A stretch of DNA of 64,000 nucleotides, taken from positions 19,743-83,742 of IMG/VR virus record IMGVR_UViG_3300035562_000079. One strand, given 5' to 3'. Shown here piece by piece: positions 10,426-19,840 of this stretch. The translations under genes were made by a program, and so were the position numbers. Every line of letters starts with the position of its first letter. Positions within the stretch are counted from its first letter, which is position 1. Below the pieces are notes generated by a model, which saw only the letters and a program-made list of their open reading frames with translations, was not told the origin of the DNA and searched no databases. The DNA is from a virus. Its lineage: Duplodnaviria > Caudoviricetes.

Positions 10426-11145
10426 TTACAGGCCGCGTTTTTTGCGAACTTTCAACGATCTCCGTCGAGAGATGTTCGCCGACGCAGTGTGAGATTTGCG
10501 TTGTGCTTTTTTGATGGACGCACGCTGCAATGCAGTGATGCGCTTAGGGCGAGGGCGCTTACGGATCAGCTTAACTTCACCGTTGCGAACAACTTTTTTG
10601 TTTGCTTCCAGCATAGCGTCATCATCGCTATCACCTGACACGCCATAGATTGCGATTGCTTCGTCATCGTCTTCGTTGGCGGCAGAAATGGCATCAGCTA
10701 CGGAGAGTGCCGCATCGTCATCATCTTCATCGATCATCTGAGTGACAGAATCTTGATCGGCGCCCAATGAAACAGCAGCATCAGCCAGGACAGAGAGGAC
10801 TCGGTTGTATTCGTCCGTCTGTGCATCAGTGATTTCGTCTTCCTCTTCGTCATCACTAATGCCAGCCATAACCATAGCGATACCGTCAATGTCTTCACTA
10901 GTCGGGCTAGAGGAACGTGCCCAATCAATCAGGAACGATGCGGCTACCGAACGTTCATCCTGACGAGAGCGTTTAGACACCGCTTCGAAAATGGCGTCAG
11001 ACAGTGCCTTCTTGCCCTTTTCTTTCTTAGACTCGTCTTTACCCTTATTCGACTCCAACAGTGCATCAGAGGCCGATACAGGCGCCACTGTGCCAAATGC
11101 AGCTTCCAGCAAAGGGTTAACTTGGTTTTGTTTGAAAATATCCAC
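10426..11145 (-). CDS. 21: Gp21 (head/prohead core-like)
   Basis: Acidic body, repeated LLE/MLE protease-type sites, basic C-terminus; synteny. Confidence 0.7.
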   Translation of the reverse strand: MDIFKQNQVNPLLEAAFGTVAPVSASDALLESNKGKDESKKEKGKKALSDAIFEAVSKRSRQDERSVAASFLIDWARSSSPTSEDIDGIAMVMAGISDDEEEDEITDAQTDEYNRVLSVLADAAVSLGADQDSVTQMIDEDDDDAALSVADAISAANEDDDEAIAIYGVSGDSDDDAMLEANKKVVRNGEVKLIRKRPRPKRITALQRASIKKAQRKSHTASANISRRRSLKVRKKRGL

Positions 11146-11156
11146 TTATAGCTCCA

Positions 11157-12737
11157 TTAACGCATTAGAACAGGAACGCCTACAATGCGGCGGGATACAC
11201 CCGTCACACACACTTCCCAGCGCACTTCCCAGCTATCGAAACTTGTATTGGTAACTGTCACGATATAAGGCGCATCACCCTGGCTAACATCACGTGGCTT
11301 AACCAAGGCCTCAGCAGCTACATAGCGATCGAGAAGGCGAGGGATGCCCTTTTCAAGACCTTCACGGGTTAAACCATCAGGTTCGTGTTTGAGGGCAGCA
11401 GCTAAGGCGTAGTAATTGCGTGCGATAGAGTTCATCACTGAAATAACATGCTGATATTTCTTGTAGTTCTCTTCGACACAAGTAGTTAGGGCATCATCAA
11501 TAACGATCGCGCCATTTACACTGGTCACAACGTTTAAATGGGTTTTTGCAAAGACTTCGCGGTCAATACTGGCGGCAGCTGGCAGAGGCTGAATGTTTTG
11601 ACGATTAACTACGCCGCGTGACTCGCCAGCCGGGGAGTAATGCCAGCCGCCTATATCAGGTACCAGAGCCACGCCCTTCGCTTTAGCTGTGAAAGCGTCG
11701 CCGGACAAACCAAATACAACATTCGATTGGCTCAATGGATCGCGGCAGGAGAATGGGAAGTAATAGGCTGTGACATTTTCATTGCCACCCAGGCCAAGCC
11801 CGGTTAGTTGCTCCAGCGCCTTATCAGCGGCTAAACGAGGATCAACATCTGCGAACATATCTACACGAACAGCCTTCGCCAGTTCGGCAAGTTTGCCGAT
11901 CGCCGTCGCTTCATAAATGCCCAAAGACAGGATAGCGGTGTACTCCACCAGCGAACCATCCAACACCGCTATGGATGCTGCATAGTCTTTCGACGTCAGT
12001 TTCTTAAAATCGCCGTCAGAGCCACCGACAAATGCTTGACCGTTGATGCCTGTGAATGACGCAGGCAGAGCGACAGTATCAGATATCAGCACACGCAACC
12101 GTGAACCGTTACGTTCGAGGACATCCGGGATATACGCGGAAAGCCCCATGTCATCCAACACGTCTGAATTAAGCGATACTTCGTAATTTTCCAGAGTGGT
12201 TTCTGCTCCCAGCGAGTCAGTTGCCACAAGCTTCAGAGAGAAGATGCCAGGTTTAGTTTTGACAGGCTCAAAACTCAATTTTCGGTTGGTAGACTTATCG
12301 CCATCTTCGACAAAGAAGGTGAGAGCGGCCTTGGCCGGCAAAGTAATGTCGGCACCAAATGCGCTTGTGCTGGTGGTTGCCTTAACTGTAGTAACCGCCG
12401 GCGTACCGGCCGTCTCTACCGTCAGGTTGATTGCAGGGATCAACATGCCAGGCAATGGAATGCGTACCACATAACCGTCACCGCCAACCAAAGCCTGGTT
12501 CACATGACGTAGAGGTTCAAAATACTGGCCCTCTTGTGGTCTTGGAGCTTCACCCAGTACAGATTTGACGTTGTTCTGTGTGATTTTCAGGACTGTATTT
12601 GGTTTGCCTTTCCGAGCAATAACCAGGCCCGCAAATACTGAGGCACCGCCAGAAGTAGATCCGGTTGTTGCTGATGCATCGATTGGCGCAACTGCCGTGC
12701 CGGCAGCCGTACCAAGAGCAAAAGGGATTTTATTCAT
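11157..12737 (-). CDS. 22: Tail sheath protein gp22
   Basis: 526 aa; WHYSPAGESRG sheath motif; synteny. Confidence 0.85.
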   Translation of the reverse strand: MNKIPFALGTAAGTAVAPIDASATTGSTSGGASVFAGLVIARKGKPNTVLKITQNNVKSVLGEAPRPQEGQYFEPLRHVNQALVGGDGYVVRIPLPGMLIPAINLTVETAGTPAVTTVKATTSTSAFGADITLPAKAALTFFVEDGDKSTNRKLSFEPVKTKPGIFSLKLVATDSLGAETTLENYEVSLNSDVLDDMGLSAYIPDVLERNGSRLRVLISDTVALPASFTGINGQAFVGGSDGDFKKLTSKDYAASIAVLDGSLVEYTAILSLGIYEATAIGKLAELAKAVRVDMFADVDPRLAADKALEQLTGLGLGGNENVTAYYFPFSCRDPLSQSNVVFGLSGDAFTAKAKGVALVPDIGGWHYSPAGESRGVVNRQNIQPLPAAASIDREVFAKTHLNVVTSVNGAIVIDDALTTCVEENYKKYQHVISVMNSIARNYYALAAALKHEPDGLTREGLEKGIPRLLDRYVAAEALVKPRDVSQGDAPYIVTVTNTSFDSWEVRWEVCVTGVSRRIVGVPVLMR

Positions 12738-12781
12738 TTTTGTTCCTAACAGCGCCCCATGAGGAGCGCCTTATCAAAGGA

Positions 12782-14764
12782 TTAGCCGGCTGCCTTCACA
12801 GTCACTTTCGCAACTGCGGTTTTTGCACCGTCTTCACTGGTCATTGTGATGTTGACGACGCCTACAGCTTTCGCTTCGCCGTCGCCGTTCTGATCAACAA
12901 CTACCAACGATTCATCGCTAGAAGTCAGCGTAAACGTCTTGTTGGTTGAGTTTTCAGGCAGAACAGCAGGAGTCAGCTTGAATTTTTCACCGACGGATAC
13001 GCTCAAAGTTTTCGGCGTCAAAATAACGCTCTCAACACCTACGATTGGTGCTTCTGTATCTTCGCCGCCGGCTTCAGACTTTTTTTCGATGAACTTCCCA
13101 GTGCCTGGGTCGATAGCACCAACTTTCTCGTTAACCAACGTCAGGCGAGAGAAATAGTCTTCGCCATTACGTGGGTGGATCTCATTGATTGCAGAACCCC
13201 ACAGAGTCTGACGGTTCACCAGGGCTGTAGTAGTTGGATGGACAAACGGGATAGCAGGAACGGCATCACCCGCGACCATGCCCGCTTCACCCAGGTTTTC
13301 ACCACGGGAGTAGAAGAGAATGTCGCTAGGAGAGTACGGGTAACCCTCTTTGTTAAACTGCTCGCATACAGGGTTAGGCACTTCATAAATGCGGATTGAG
13401 CCGAACAAGATACCAATGAAGTGAACGTAAGACGTTTGCACGTAGTTCGGCGCCAACTGGAACATGCTTTCCGGCAGCGATTTGATGTAGCCCGCAGCAT
13501 CGCCACCAGCAAAACCACCACGGATTCCGTATTTTTTAGTACGGTCACGCATCTCGGTGGAGATACGGTTTACAACACCACGGAACAAGGCGCACCAAGG
13601 CTCCCATTGCTGACCTTCAGGTAAAGCAGTGTCGAATTTGTATTCGTGCACAGTATGGAACGCGAGCTTACGCAGACGTTTCATATCTTGCTCATGCGAG
13701 CACCATTGAGTGAGGCTGGTAAACTGCATTGATGCCAAGTTAAGGCCGAACTCACGTTGCAGATCCATCATAGATTGCACGGTATGTTCTGCGGCCAGGA
13801 TGTATTGCGATGGTTTCATCGTCCATTTACGCATTGCCTGGTTAATAACGGGGATCAGGTCTGGAGCATTCTCTACGTCCAGCTCTGCCTGCATTGCGAT
13901 GTGAGTACCTGCTGGTGGTTCGGCATCGAACTTCAGCTTCACAATACCCTTGGTGTAATCGATGCTGCCAGTGACTTGGAAGCTGTTGCCTTTGGAATCT
14001 TTTTCGTTGTAGTTGATGTTGCTTTCGCCATCATCGTAATGTTTGCCAAGACGGCGGTTCACAATGATACGCACGCGAGAGCGACGAACAGGCATGTCGC
14101 GACCTTCATCATCCTTGATCGAAATGGTGAATTCTTTGGTTTTGCCGTCAACATCGTCTTTCAACATGAAGATGCGGCCCATTTGAGAGAATACACCAGC
14201 GCTGAGGTGATCCATTTGTTCACCACGCTCGAACGAACCCATTTTCACACCGGCGATGTTATAAACCTCATAGAAGTCTGACTCATCACGTGTTGCAGGC
14301 ATGAAAGTACACATGTCGCTTGTAGCGGCGCCGAGGGCGGAAGGTAGGATCATTGCCATGAAAATAGCCTGGCGCATAACACCTTCTGACGTACGCATAT
14401 CGCTGGATACTGACTCCAACATTGCTGAACCATCACCGCTGCGCTTAGCGCTAGGGGCTGATTCCAAGATCAGGTTTTCACAGGCATGTTGGGCGTTTGC
14501 CAGCAAATCGGCTGGTGGGTTACATCCGTTAATACGACGGTAATCGGCAACGCTAGCAGCCCAAGCGGTGGCGATTTGGCGCACTGCCTTTGGATCGACA
14601 CCTTCAAACATCGGATCTTGGGCCGCTGTCTGGAAAATGGTTTCTGCTTGTTGTTCAACACTCATTGCGGCGTTGATAGGTGCATTACTGGTAAACGCCA
14701 GCACTCGGCCAGCGCGACAATTTACGTCTCTTTGACGTTCATGAAATGCTTTGGTATCAGACAC
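12782..14764 (-). CDS. 23: Major capsid protein gp23 with C-terminal Ig-like (Big_2) domain
   Basis: P1 gp23-like body; C-terminal VESVILTP.TLSV..GE..LT..VLPEN.TNK...SSD...DG.KTA...VTV. Confidence 0.85.
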   Translation of the reverse strand: MSDTKAFHERQRDVNCRAGRVLAFTSNAPINAAMSVEQQAETIFQTAAQDPMFEGVDPKAVRQIATAWAASVADYRRINGCNPPADLLANAQHACENLILESAPSAKRSGDGSAMLESVSSDMRTSEGVMRQAIFMAMILPSALGAATSDMCTFMPATRDESDFYEVYNIAGVKMGSFERGEQMDHLSAGVFSQMGRIFMLKDDVDGKTKEFTISIKDDEGRDMPVRRSRVRIIVNRRLGKHYDDGESNINYNEKDSKGNSFQVTGSIDYTKGIVKLKFDAEPPAGTHIAMQAELDVENAPDLIPVINQAMRKWTMKPSQYILAAEHTVQSMMDLQREFGLNLASMQFTSLTQWCSHEQDMKRLRKLAFHTVHEYKFDTALPEGQQWEPWCALFRGVVNRISTEMRDRTKKYGIRGGFAGGDAAGYIKSLPESMFQLAPNYVQTSYVHFIGILFGSIRIYEVPNPVCEQFNKEGYPYSPSDILFYSRGENLGEAGMVAGDAVPAIPFVHPTTTALVNRQTLWGSAINEIHPRNGEDYFSRLTLVNEKVGAIDPGTGKFIEKKSEAGGEDTEAPIVGVESVILTPKTLSVSVGEKFKLTPAVLPENSTNKTFTLTSSDESLVVVDQNGDGEAKAVGVVNITMTSEDGAKTAVAKVTVKAAG

Positions 14765-14816
14765 TTTTTCGTCCTATCTATTTGCACAGACAGGGGTTTG
14801 CTTCTCGACAAGCGGG

Positions 14817-14835
14817 ATATTAACGAAAGTGAGTT
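14817..14835 (-). promoter_or_regulatory. Putative late promoter (LP23-like)
   Basis: AACTCACTTT-N3-TAATAT upstream of gene 23. Confidence 0.65.
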
Positions 14836-14915
14836 ATTGAGAGTCACGATAAAAGTGTGGGGTTGTTAATGGAGGTTTGTTAGACTGGTTCTATTAAACT
14901 AATACAGGATTAGTA

Positions 14916-15338
14916 ATGCGTTATACAGTTTATGTGGAATATCGGAACGGCGCGATTAACACGCCAGCCCACTCTGGCGTTAAGGAAGTTGCGTACCGGA
15001 ATTTTGTTGAGTTAGTCGCAGATAAAGATCTCCTGCTCACGGCAGCCGCCTGCGTTATCAAATCCTCCACCAGCGAGATACTTCGCTTTGACTTACGCAC
15101 GGCCCAACCAATACCGGAATTTAAAGATATCCAATGGCCTCGGCGTGGTGCTCGTCGCCAGGTTAAAAATGGAAAGACGGTATCAGCGTTTTTAGCTTCA
15201 AATGAAGAGGACTTTTTGAAGTCGTTAGGAGAGGGAAGTCTCACACACGGTATCCGTAAAGCGGTTTCGATGTTAAACCTACTCGAACAGGAAAAATTGA
15301 AGGCTCTCAAAGAAAGAGCAACCAACGCAACAGCATAA
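14916..15338 (+). CDS. Hypothetical protein, possible C-terminal ribbon-helix-helix
   Basis: ORF with RBS; C-terminal KTVSAFL...LGEGSLTHGIRKAV pattern. Confidence 0.55.
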   Translation: MRYTVYVEYRNGAINTPAHSGVKEVAYRNFVELVADKDLLLTAAACVIKSSTSEILRFDLRTAQPIPEFKDIQWPRRGARRQVKNGKTVSAFLASNEEDFLKSLGEGSLTHGIRKAVSMLNLLEQEKLKALKERATNATA

Positions 15339-15371
15339 CACCCGCTTAAATGCCCCTTATTGGGGCTTTTT

Positions 15372-15638
15372 TTATAACTTGGCGTGCTCAGTTCGTTGCA
15401 GGTGGAGTTGTAACACTTCTTCAGCAAAGTGATCGTCAACGATATAGAAATAACACTCTGGGACGTTCAACACTTTAGCGAACTGGCACATTGTCTCGAA
15501 CATAGGTCGATATGCGCCTGTCTCATACGATGAGATACGACCGCGTGCTGTGCTTTCGTCAATGCCAGCTAAAACGCCGAGTTGCTCTTGTGTAAGCCCG
15601 GCGCGGGTTCGCGCAGATTTCAGCCGTTTAGTGATCAT
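15372..15638 (-). CDS. XRE-family HTH regulator
   Basis: RLKSARTRAGLTQEQLG...ISSYETG HTH. Confidence 0.85.
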   Translation of the reverse strand: MITKRLKSARTRAGLTQEQLGVLAGIDESTARGRISSYETGAYRPMFETMCQFAKVLNVPECYFYIVDDHFAEEVLQLHLQRTEHAKL

Positions 15639-15742
15639 ATTATTGCCGTCATATTGATTGACGACATGTGTAACATTGCATAACATCAACGTTGTTCAGA
15701 ATTACAGAACATCATAAAGACCACGAAGCAACACCTGGGAAA

Positions 15743-15771
15743 GGCCGATCAATTGATCGGCCATTTTTTTT
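15743..15771 (+). terminator. Intrinsic terminator
   Basis: Perfect palindrome GGCCGATCAATTGATCGGCC followed by a T-run. Confidence 0.65.
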
Positions 15772-15878
15772 AATGGACTATCGGTTATGGGCGTTTGGTG
15801 TAGATAAACCTGTTCTTAATGTGGTTAGAAACGGGAAGGAACTTCATTCGCCAATACTGCCAGATATAGGTTAATCTT

Positions 15879-16172
15879 TTGAATAATAACCAATTAATAG
15901 ACTCAGTGATAGCAAATCGACCCGTGATTTATCCTGATTCTCAACCAAATACGGCTGATGTGAGTAAAGAGATCTCTAAACCGCTCAGCAATCACGATGT
16001 TTTATCGGCTATAAGTCGGCATTTCATTAATCCTCGATCATGCGATTGCATCCTCACCTTGTTGGTGCTTCTGACGATTGAGAACCCTGAAATGAAGCTT
16101 GCAGAATTTGGGGCTGCTGTAGAGTTGATTGGCAACGTGGTTAATGAGTTGAATTTGTTAGCAGTGAATTGA
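15879..16172 (+). CDS. Hypothetical protein
   Basis: 97-aa ORF with TTG start. Confidence 0.4.
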   Translation: MNNNQLIDSVIANRPVIYPDSQPNTADVSKEISKPLSNHDVLSAISRHFINPRSCDCILTLLVLLTIENPEMKLAEFGAAVELIGNVVNELNLLAVN

Positions 16173-16232
16173 AAGACTAAAAAATAGCCTAGTAGTGATA
16201 ACCGGTCACCAATTTAAGCGACGAAGCTAAAG

Positions 16233-16468
16233 TTATCCACATATCAACTGAGTAGATCCAATAAATTAACCAATAGATCCAGATATAACCTAAAAGATCC
16301 CGGAACCCTTTAAGCCAGTGATAGCGCGGCCTGTAGCCTCGTTTGTGTGTTTATAAACTGGAAAAGTGTGTTTATAAACTGGATATCTGTGTTTGCAAAC
16401 TGGATGAATGTGTTTGCAAACTGGATGAAGTGTGTTTATAAACTGGAAAAAGGATCTTTTTGTCCACA
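16233..16468 (+). promoter_or_regulatory. Plasmid origin (oriR-like): DnaA boxes, AGATCC repeats, five iterons
   Basis: TTATCCACA at 16233; three AGATCC copies; TGTGTTT(AT/GC)AAACTGGA at 16346, 16367, 16388, 16409, 16431; TTGTCCACA at 16460. Confidence 0.9.
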
Positions 16469-16496
16469 TAACTCAGGCCATCAAAAGAAACCAATT

Positions 16497-17396
16497 ATGA
16501 CTATGAAAAACAACGTATTAAGTCTTATTGATGTACTGGCGTCGAAAGGTGAAAAAAAACTTACCCCCAATACAAACAGCACTGTTCAGCCCGTTGCATT
16601 AATGCGGCTTGGCCTGTTCGTGCCAAGTTTGAAACGCAAGGGGAAGAACGTTGAGAGCGTCACCATAGACGCGTCTGAGGAGCTTTCTAAGCTCGAAATA
16701 GCACAGGCTGAGGGCTATTCGAACATTACGATAAGCGGCCCCCGCTTGTCTATGGAGACGGATTTCAAGGTTTGGGTCGCAGTCATTTTATCTTTTTCAA
16801 AGTACGGCCGAGACACCAACACGATCGAATTACCTTTTTCTGAGTTTGCGAGCTTTGCTGGTTACCCGGATAAGGAAAAAACCCGCGTTCTGCGCGAACG
16901 TATCTCCGGCTCACTAACAAGAATTCGCAGCACCACGCTGAGCCTTTCCTCTAAAAACAAGGATAAGCATAGTGTTACAGGCCTTCTTCAGAAGGGGAGC
17001 TGGGATGTGAAAGCTGACGTCATCAAACTAACAGCTGACGAATCATTATGGGAGCTATACCAGGTAGATAACCAGGTTCTCCTCCAAATGTTCGTGCTGA
17101 GAAAGTTGGCGAATAAAGGGACTGCGCAAGCGCTCTACACCTTCATTGAAAGCCTTCCGCGCAAACCTATCCCATTGTCTTTTGAACGAATTAAGCAACG
17201 TCTGGTGCTGACATCGCCGCAGAACCAACAAAACCGAATTATCAAAAAGGCTGTCGAGGAGTTGATCGAGACAGGCTATCTCGATGCGACCATACAAAAG
17301 CGGGATAAGGATTGGCATGTACTGATCCACGGACGTAATCCAAAATGCCACCTGCCTGCCGGCGCCAGTTTAATTGAAGGTTTGGACGACGATTAA
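16497..17396 (+). CDS. repA: Replication initiator RepA (P1/IncFIB-type)
   Basis: TVQPVALMRLGLFVP, GPRLSMETDFKVW and AQALYTFIESLP motifs; start set downstream of the iterons. Confidence 0.92.
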   Translation: MTMKNNVLSLIDVLASKGEKKLTPNTNSTVQPVALMRLGLFVPSLKRKGKNVESVTIDASEELSKLEIAQAEGYSNITISGPRLSMETDFKVWVAVILSFSKYGRDTNTIELPFSEFASFAGYPDKEKTRVLRERISGSLTRIRSTTLSLSSKNKDKHSVTGLLQKGSWDVKADVIKLTADESLWELYQVDNQVLLQMFVLRKLANKGTAQALYTFIESLPRKPIPLSFERIKQRLVLTSPQNQQNRIIKKAVEELIETGYLDATIQKRDKDWHVLIHGRNPKCHLPAGASLIEGLDDD

Positions 17397-17399
17397 ATT

Positions 17400-17656
17400 T
17401 GTGTTTGAAAACTGGAAACACAGATAAGCAATCCCAAAAATGTGTTTGCTTACTGGATAGCATGAGTCATTTCTGAAGTGCTTGGCGTTAGAACCTGCCT
17501 TTTATCCAGTTTACAAACACATTTTGCTCGTTATGGGCGCCATGCGACATAATTTATCCAGTTTATAAACACACTGCCTGCTTCTAACGGTTATGTATCC
17601 AGTTTGCATACACACTCTTGCTCTGCCCTCATAATTCATCCCGTTTATAAACACAT
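17400..17656. repeat. Copy-control iterons (incA-like)
   Basis: About six iteron copies in both orientations (17400 and 17441 forward; about 17505, 17557, 17598, 17640 reverse). Confidence 0.85.
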
Positions 17657-17720
17657 TTCCACAAAGTCACTATTCATACATGATATGATTAAGACCTCTC
17701 CACCAGCATGAACTGTACAC

Positions 17721-18008
17721 ATGAGATTATCGGCAATTCAAAAAGATACCCTGTTTCTACTCCATGCCTTTCGGTTAAAGGGTCGTACCGGTGGGATTCG
17801 TCAAACAGCATTGTTCAACATCGTCCGATCGAACCGCTCGGATGAGCTTTACCCCAACAACTACAGCCTATCGTGTCGAACGATGGCAAAGAACGGGCTG
17901 ATTATCTTGGAGAGGGACGAAAGTCTGCGTCTGTACCTAACTTTGACTGACGTGGGATCTAAAGCTGCTGAAACCATCTACGATGAAAGAACCGGGTACG
18001 GACAATAG
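17721..18008 (+). CDS. Winged-helix-like hypothetical protein
   Basis: MRLS..QKD.LF..L; C-terminal LTLTDVG wing motif. Confidence 0.6.
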   Translation: MRLSAIQKDTLFLLHAFRLKGRTGGIRQTALFNIVRSNRSDELYPNNYSLSCRTMAKNGLIILERDESLRLYLTLTDVGSKAAETIYDERTGYGQ

Positions 18009-18074
18009 CCGTACACATTGACGATTCTGGTGCTGATGTGTATTATCGCATTGTGGTACGGCTATTATCCGTAC
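17996..18074. promoter_or_regulatory. TA promoter with two palindromic operators
   Basis: GTACGGACAATAGCCGTAC and GTACGGCTATTATCCGTAC flank TTGACG..TATTAT. Confidence 0.7.
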
Positions 18075-18265
18075 CTTTAGAATCTAAATTCTATGGAAAT
18101 TCTTAATCTAAACAAATTATTTAAATCGAAAACTTACGTAACGGAGAATCAAAATGGCACATTTATATATAAGTAATTTCAACAATTTCAACGGGATATC
18201 TTTTGCAGGAAAAAGGTAACGTTGACCGTCATAGGGAGATTGTAGAGGAATATAGAGAGGTAACT

Positions 18266-18580
18266 ATGACTACTGTAACCCAGATGTCTGTGGATGCGGT
18301 TAAAGGTTTCAAAAATGCAAGAGTCGAGTTGAAGACCACCTCGAATCTTAAAGATGTACTTCGTGAAGCGGCGGCTGTCGCCGGTTTAGATTTGACAGCA
18401 TTCATACTGAATGCGGCTTTAGAAAGGGCTGAAAGCGTACTGGATAACCAGCGTCGCCGTGAGCTATCGGAAGAGTCGTGGCATCAGTTGAATCAACTTT
18501 TATCTGAACCGGCCGCACCAACGCTTGCCCTGCAAGCCTTGATGAGGAGGAAAAATCATGGGGAATCGGAACACCAATGA
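18266..18580 (+). CDS. DUF1778 RHH antitoxin (TacA/AtaR-like)
   Basis: ARVELKT...AAAVAGLDLTAFILNAALERAE motif; overlaps GNAT gene. Confidence 0.88.
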   Translation: MTTVTQMSVDAVKGFKNARVELKTTSNLKDVLREAAAVAGLDLTAFILNAALERAESVLDNQRRRELSEESWHQLNQLLSEPAAPTLALQALMRRKNHGESEHQ

Positions 18581-19103
18581 TGTAAGTGGTTCAGCAGTAA
18601 TGGCCTGTACGTATCAGGCGGATATAACGTATCCCGGTCAGAAGAAATTTGACTGTGGAAATGACATTGTGAACAGTTTTGTGCGCAACTCCCTCAAAAA
18701 AAGTGTTGCTGATGGAAATTGCGCTGCAAAATCTCTAATCGATGCGGAAACAGGCGAACTAATAGGGGTGTGTAGCTTCACAGCTTACAGCCTTGCCAAG
18801 CAGGCATTGAGCGGGGTGATCGCAGGCTCTCTTCCTCGAGAAGTTGGGGCGGTGCGGCTGGTAATGCTTGGGGTAGCCACTAAGTATCAAGAACAAGGCT
18901 ACGGTCTGGATCTGTTGCGTGACTTCTTTGAGCAGGTAAAGATTATCCACCAGGCGTTACCTGTCAAAGGTGTCTATCTTGATGCCGACCCAAGCGTAGT
19001 GAGTTTCTATGCTCGTCTCGGGTTTGTTCAACTGAATATGCCACCAAATAGCTTTGGGGCTGTGCCGATGTTCTTGGCGATTCAGCATATCTTAGCTGCA
19101 TAG
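18558..19103 (+). CDS. GNAT acetyltransferase toxin (TacT/AtaT-like)
   Basis: FDCGN, LGVA..YQ.QG.G and FYARLGF motifs. Confidence 0.88.
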   Translation: MGNRNTNDVSGSAVMACTYQADITYPGQKKFDCGNDIVNSFVRNSLKKSVADGNCAAKSLIDAETGELIGVCSFTAYSLAKQALSGVIAGSLPREVGAVRLVMLGVATKYQEQGYGLDLLRDFFEQVKIIHQALPVKGVYLDADPSVVSFYARLGFVQLNMPPNSFGAVPMFLAIQHILAA

Positions 19104-19117
19104 CGCGCTAAAAATTA

Positions 19118-19145
19118 GAAGCCCTGCTTACAAAGCAGGGCTTTC
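19118..19145. terminator. Bidirectional terminator
   Basis: AAGCCCTGCTT-acaa-AGCAGGGCTTT hairpin between convergent genes. Confidence 0.6.
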
Positions 19146-19182
19146 GTGTATTTAGTCCCTTGAAATCAAAATAGTTACATTG

Positions 19183-19518
19183 TCACCTTGTGGTGGCACC
19201 AGCACCAGCACCAGCACCAGCGCCATTCACTTGATTAACAGTTAGGTTGTGATTGTTGGTTTTAGCCAAGCTTGCGAGTACGAGAGGTAAAAACACCATC
19301 GGGTAATCACCGTACTTTGTGATCAGTTCCTCTGGCAATAGGCACATTTCCGCTGGCAGTATTGGCTTGCTGTGTTTTTCCTTCAGCACTGTATTTGGTA
19401 TTGAAGGACTTGATACTTTCGCTGTGCAACCGGATAGCAGCACCAGGGAGAGGCTGAGCAGAGCAAGGATCGTCGGCCATTGCTTCGGTGAGTTTGTATT
19501 GCAATTCGGCGTTCTCAC
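19183..19518 (-). CDS. mlp: Lipoprotein, o-spanin-like Mlp
   Basis: Lipobox LSGC; overlaps the upstream membrane-anchored coiled-coil gene. Confidence 0.65.
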   Translation of the reverse strand: MRTPNCNTNSPKQWPTILALLSLSLVLLSGCTAKVSSPSIPNTVLKEKHSKPILPAEMCLLPEELITKYGDYPMVFLPLVLASLAKTNNHNLTVNQVNGAGAGAGAGATTR

Positions 19519-19840
19519 GTTTGAATACCTCTAATTCTTTGGCTTCTTGAAGGTGTTTGTTGTTGAGTTCGATCAGGCGGCGTTCTGCGTCATCACGCTC
19601 TTCTTTTGTTTGGGTCAATGACAGGCTTAGGGTTTTGTTTACCCCCTCTGCCTCCTGTAGATTCTGGCTCGCCATTTCGATCGCAGATGCCTGGGTCGTC
19701 AATTTCTGCTGTATGGTTGAACAAACAAGCCACACCCCTCCAATGATAAGTAGCCCAGTACCACCGATTAACGCCGCCTTGCGGATATTGGGTATTTTCA
19801 AAAAGTTAAAGGCCTCGAATAACAGGGATAGTGGGAACAT
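19307..19840 (-). CDS. ppfA: i-spanin-like PpfA
   Basis: N-terminal TM, coiled coil, DPC..QPLP motif typical of Rz-like proteins. Confidence 0.65.
   Translation of the reverse strand: MFPLSLLFEAFNFLKIPNIRKAALIGGTGLLIIGGVWLVCSTIQQKLTTQASAIEMASQNLQEAEGVNKTLSLSLTQTKEERDDAERRLIELNNKHLQEAKELEVFKRENAELQYKLTEAMADDPCSAQPLPGAAIRLHSESIKSFNTKYSAEGKTQQANTASGNVPIARGTDHKVR

Noticed and set aside
16346-16447. Regular repeats resembling a CRISPR array
   Set aside because: Spacers are only 4-5 bp, the period is 21-22 bp, and they sit next to repA and DnaA boxes: these are iterons
16347-16496. Long RepA N-terminus (MFINWKSV...) in the ORF track
   Set aside because: It is a translation of the iterons; the real start is likely ATG 16497 or 16503
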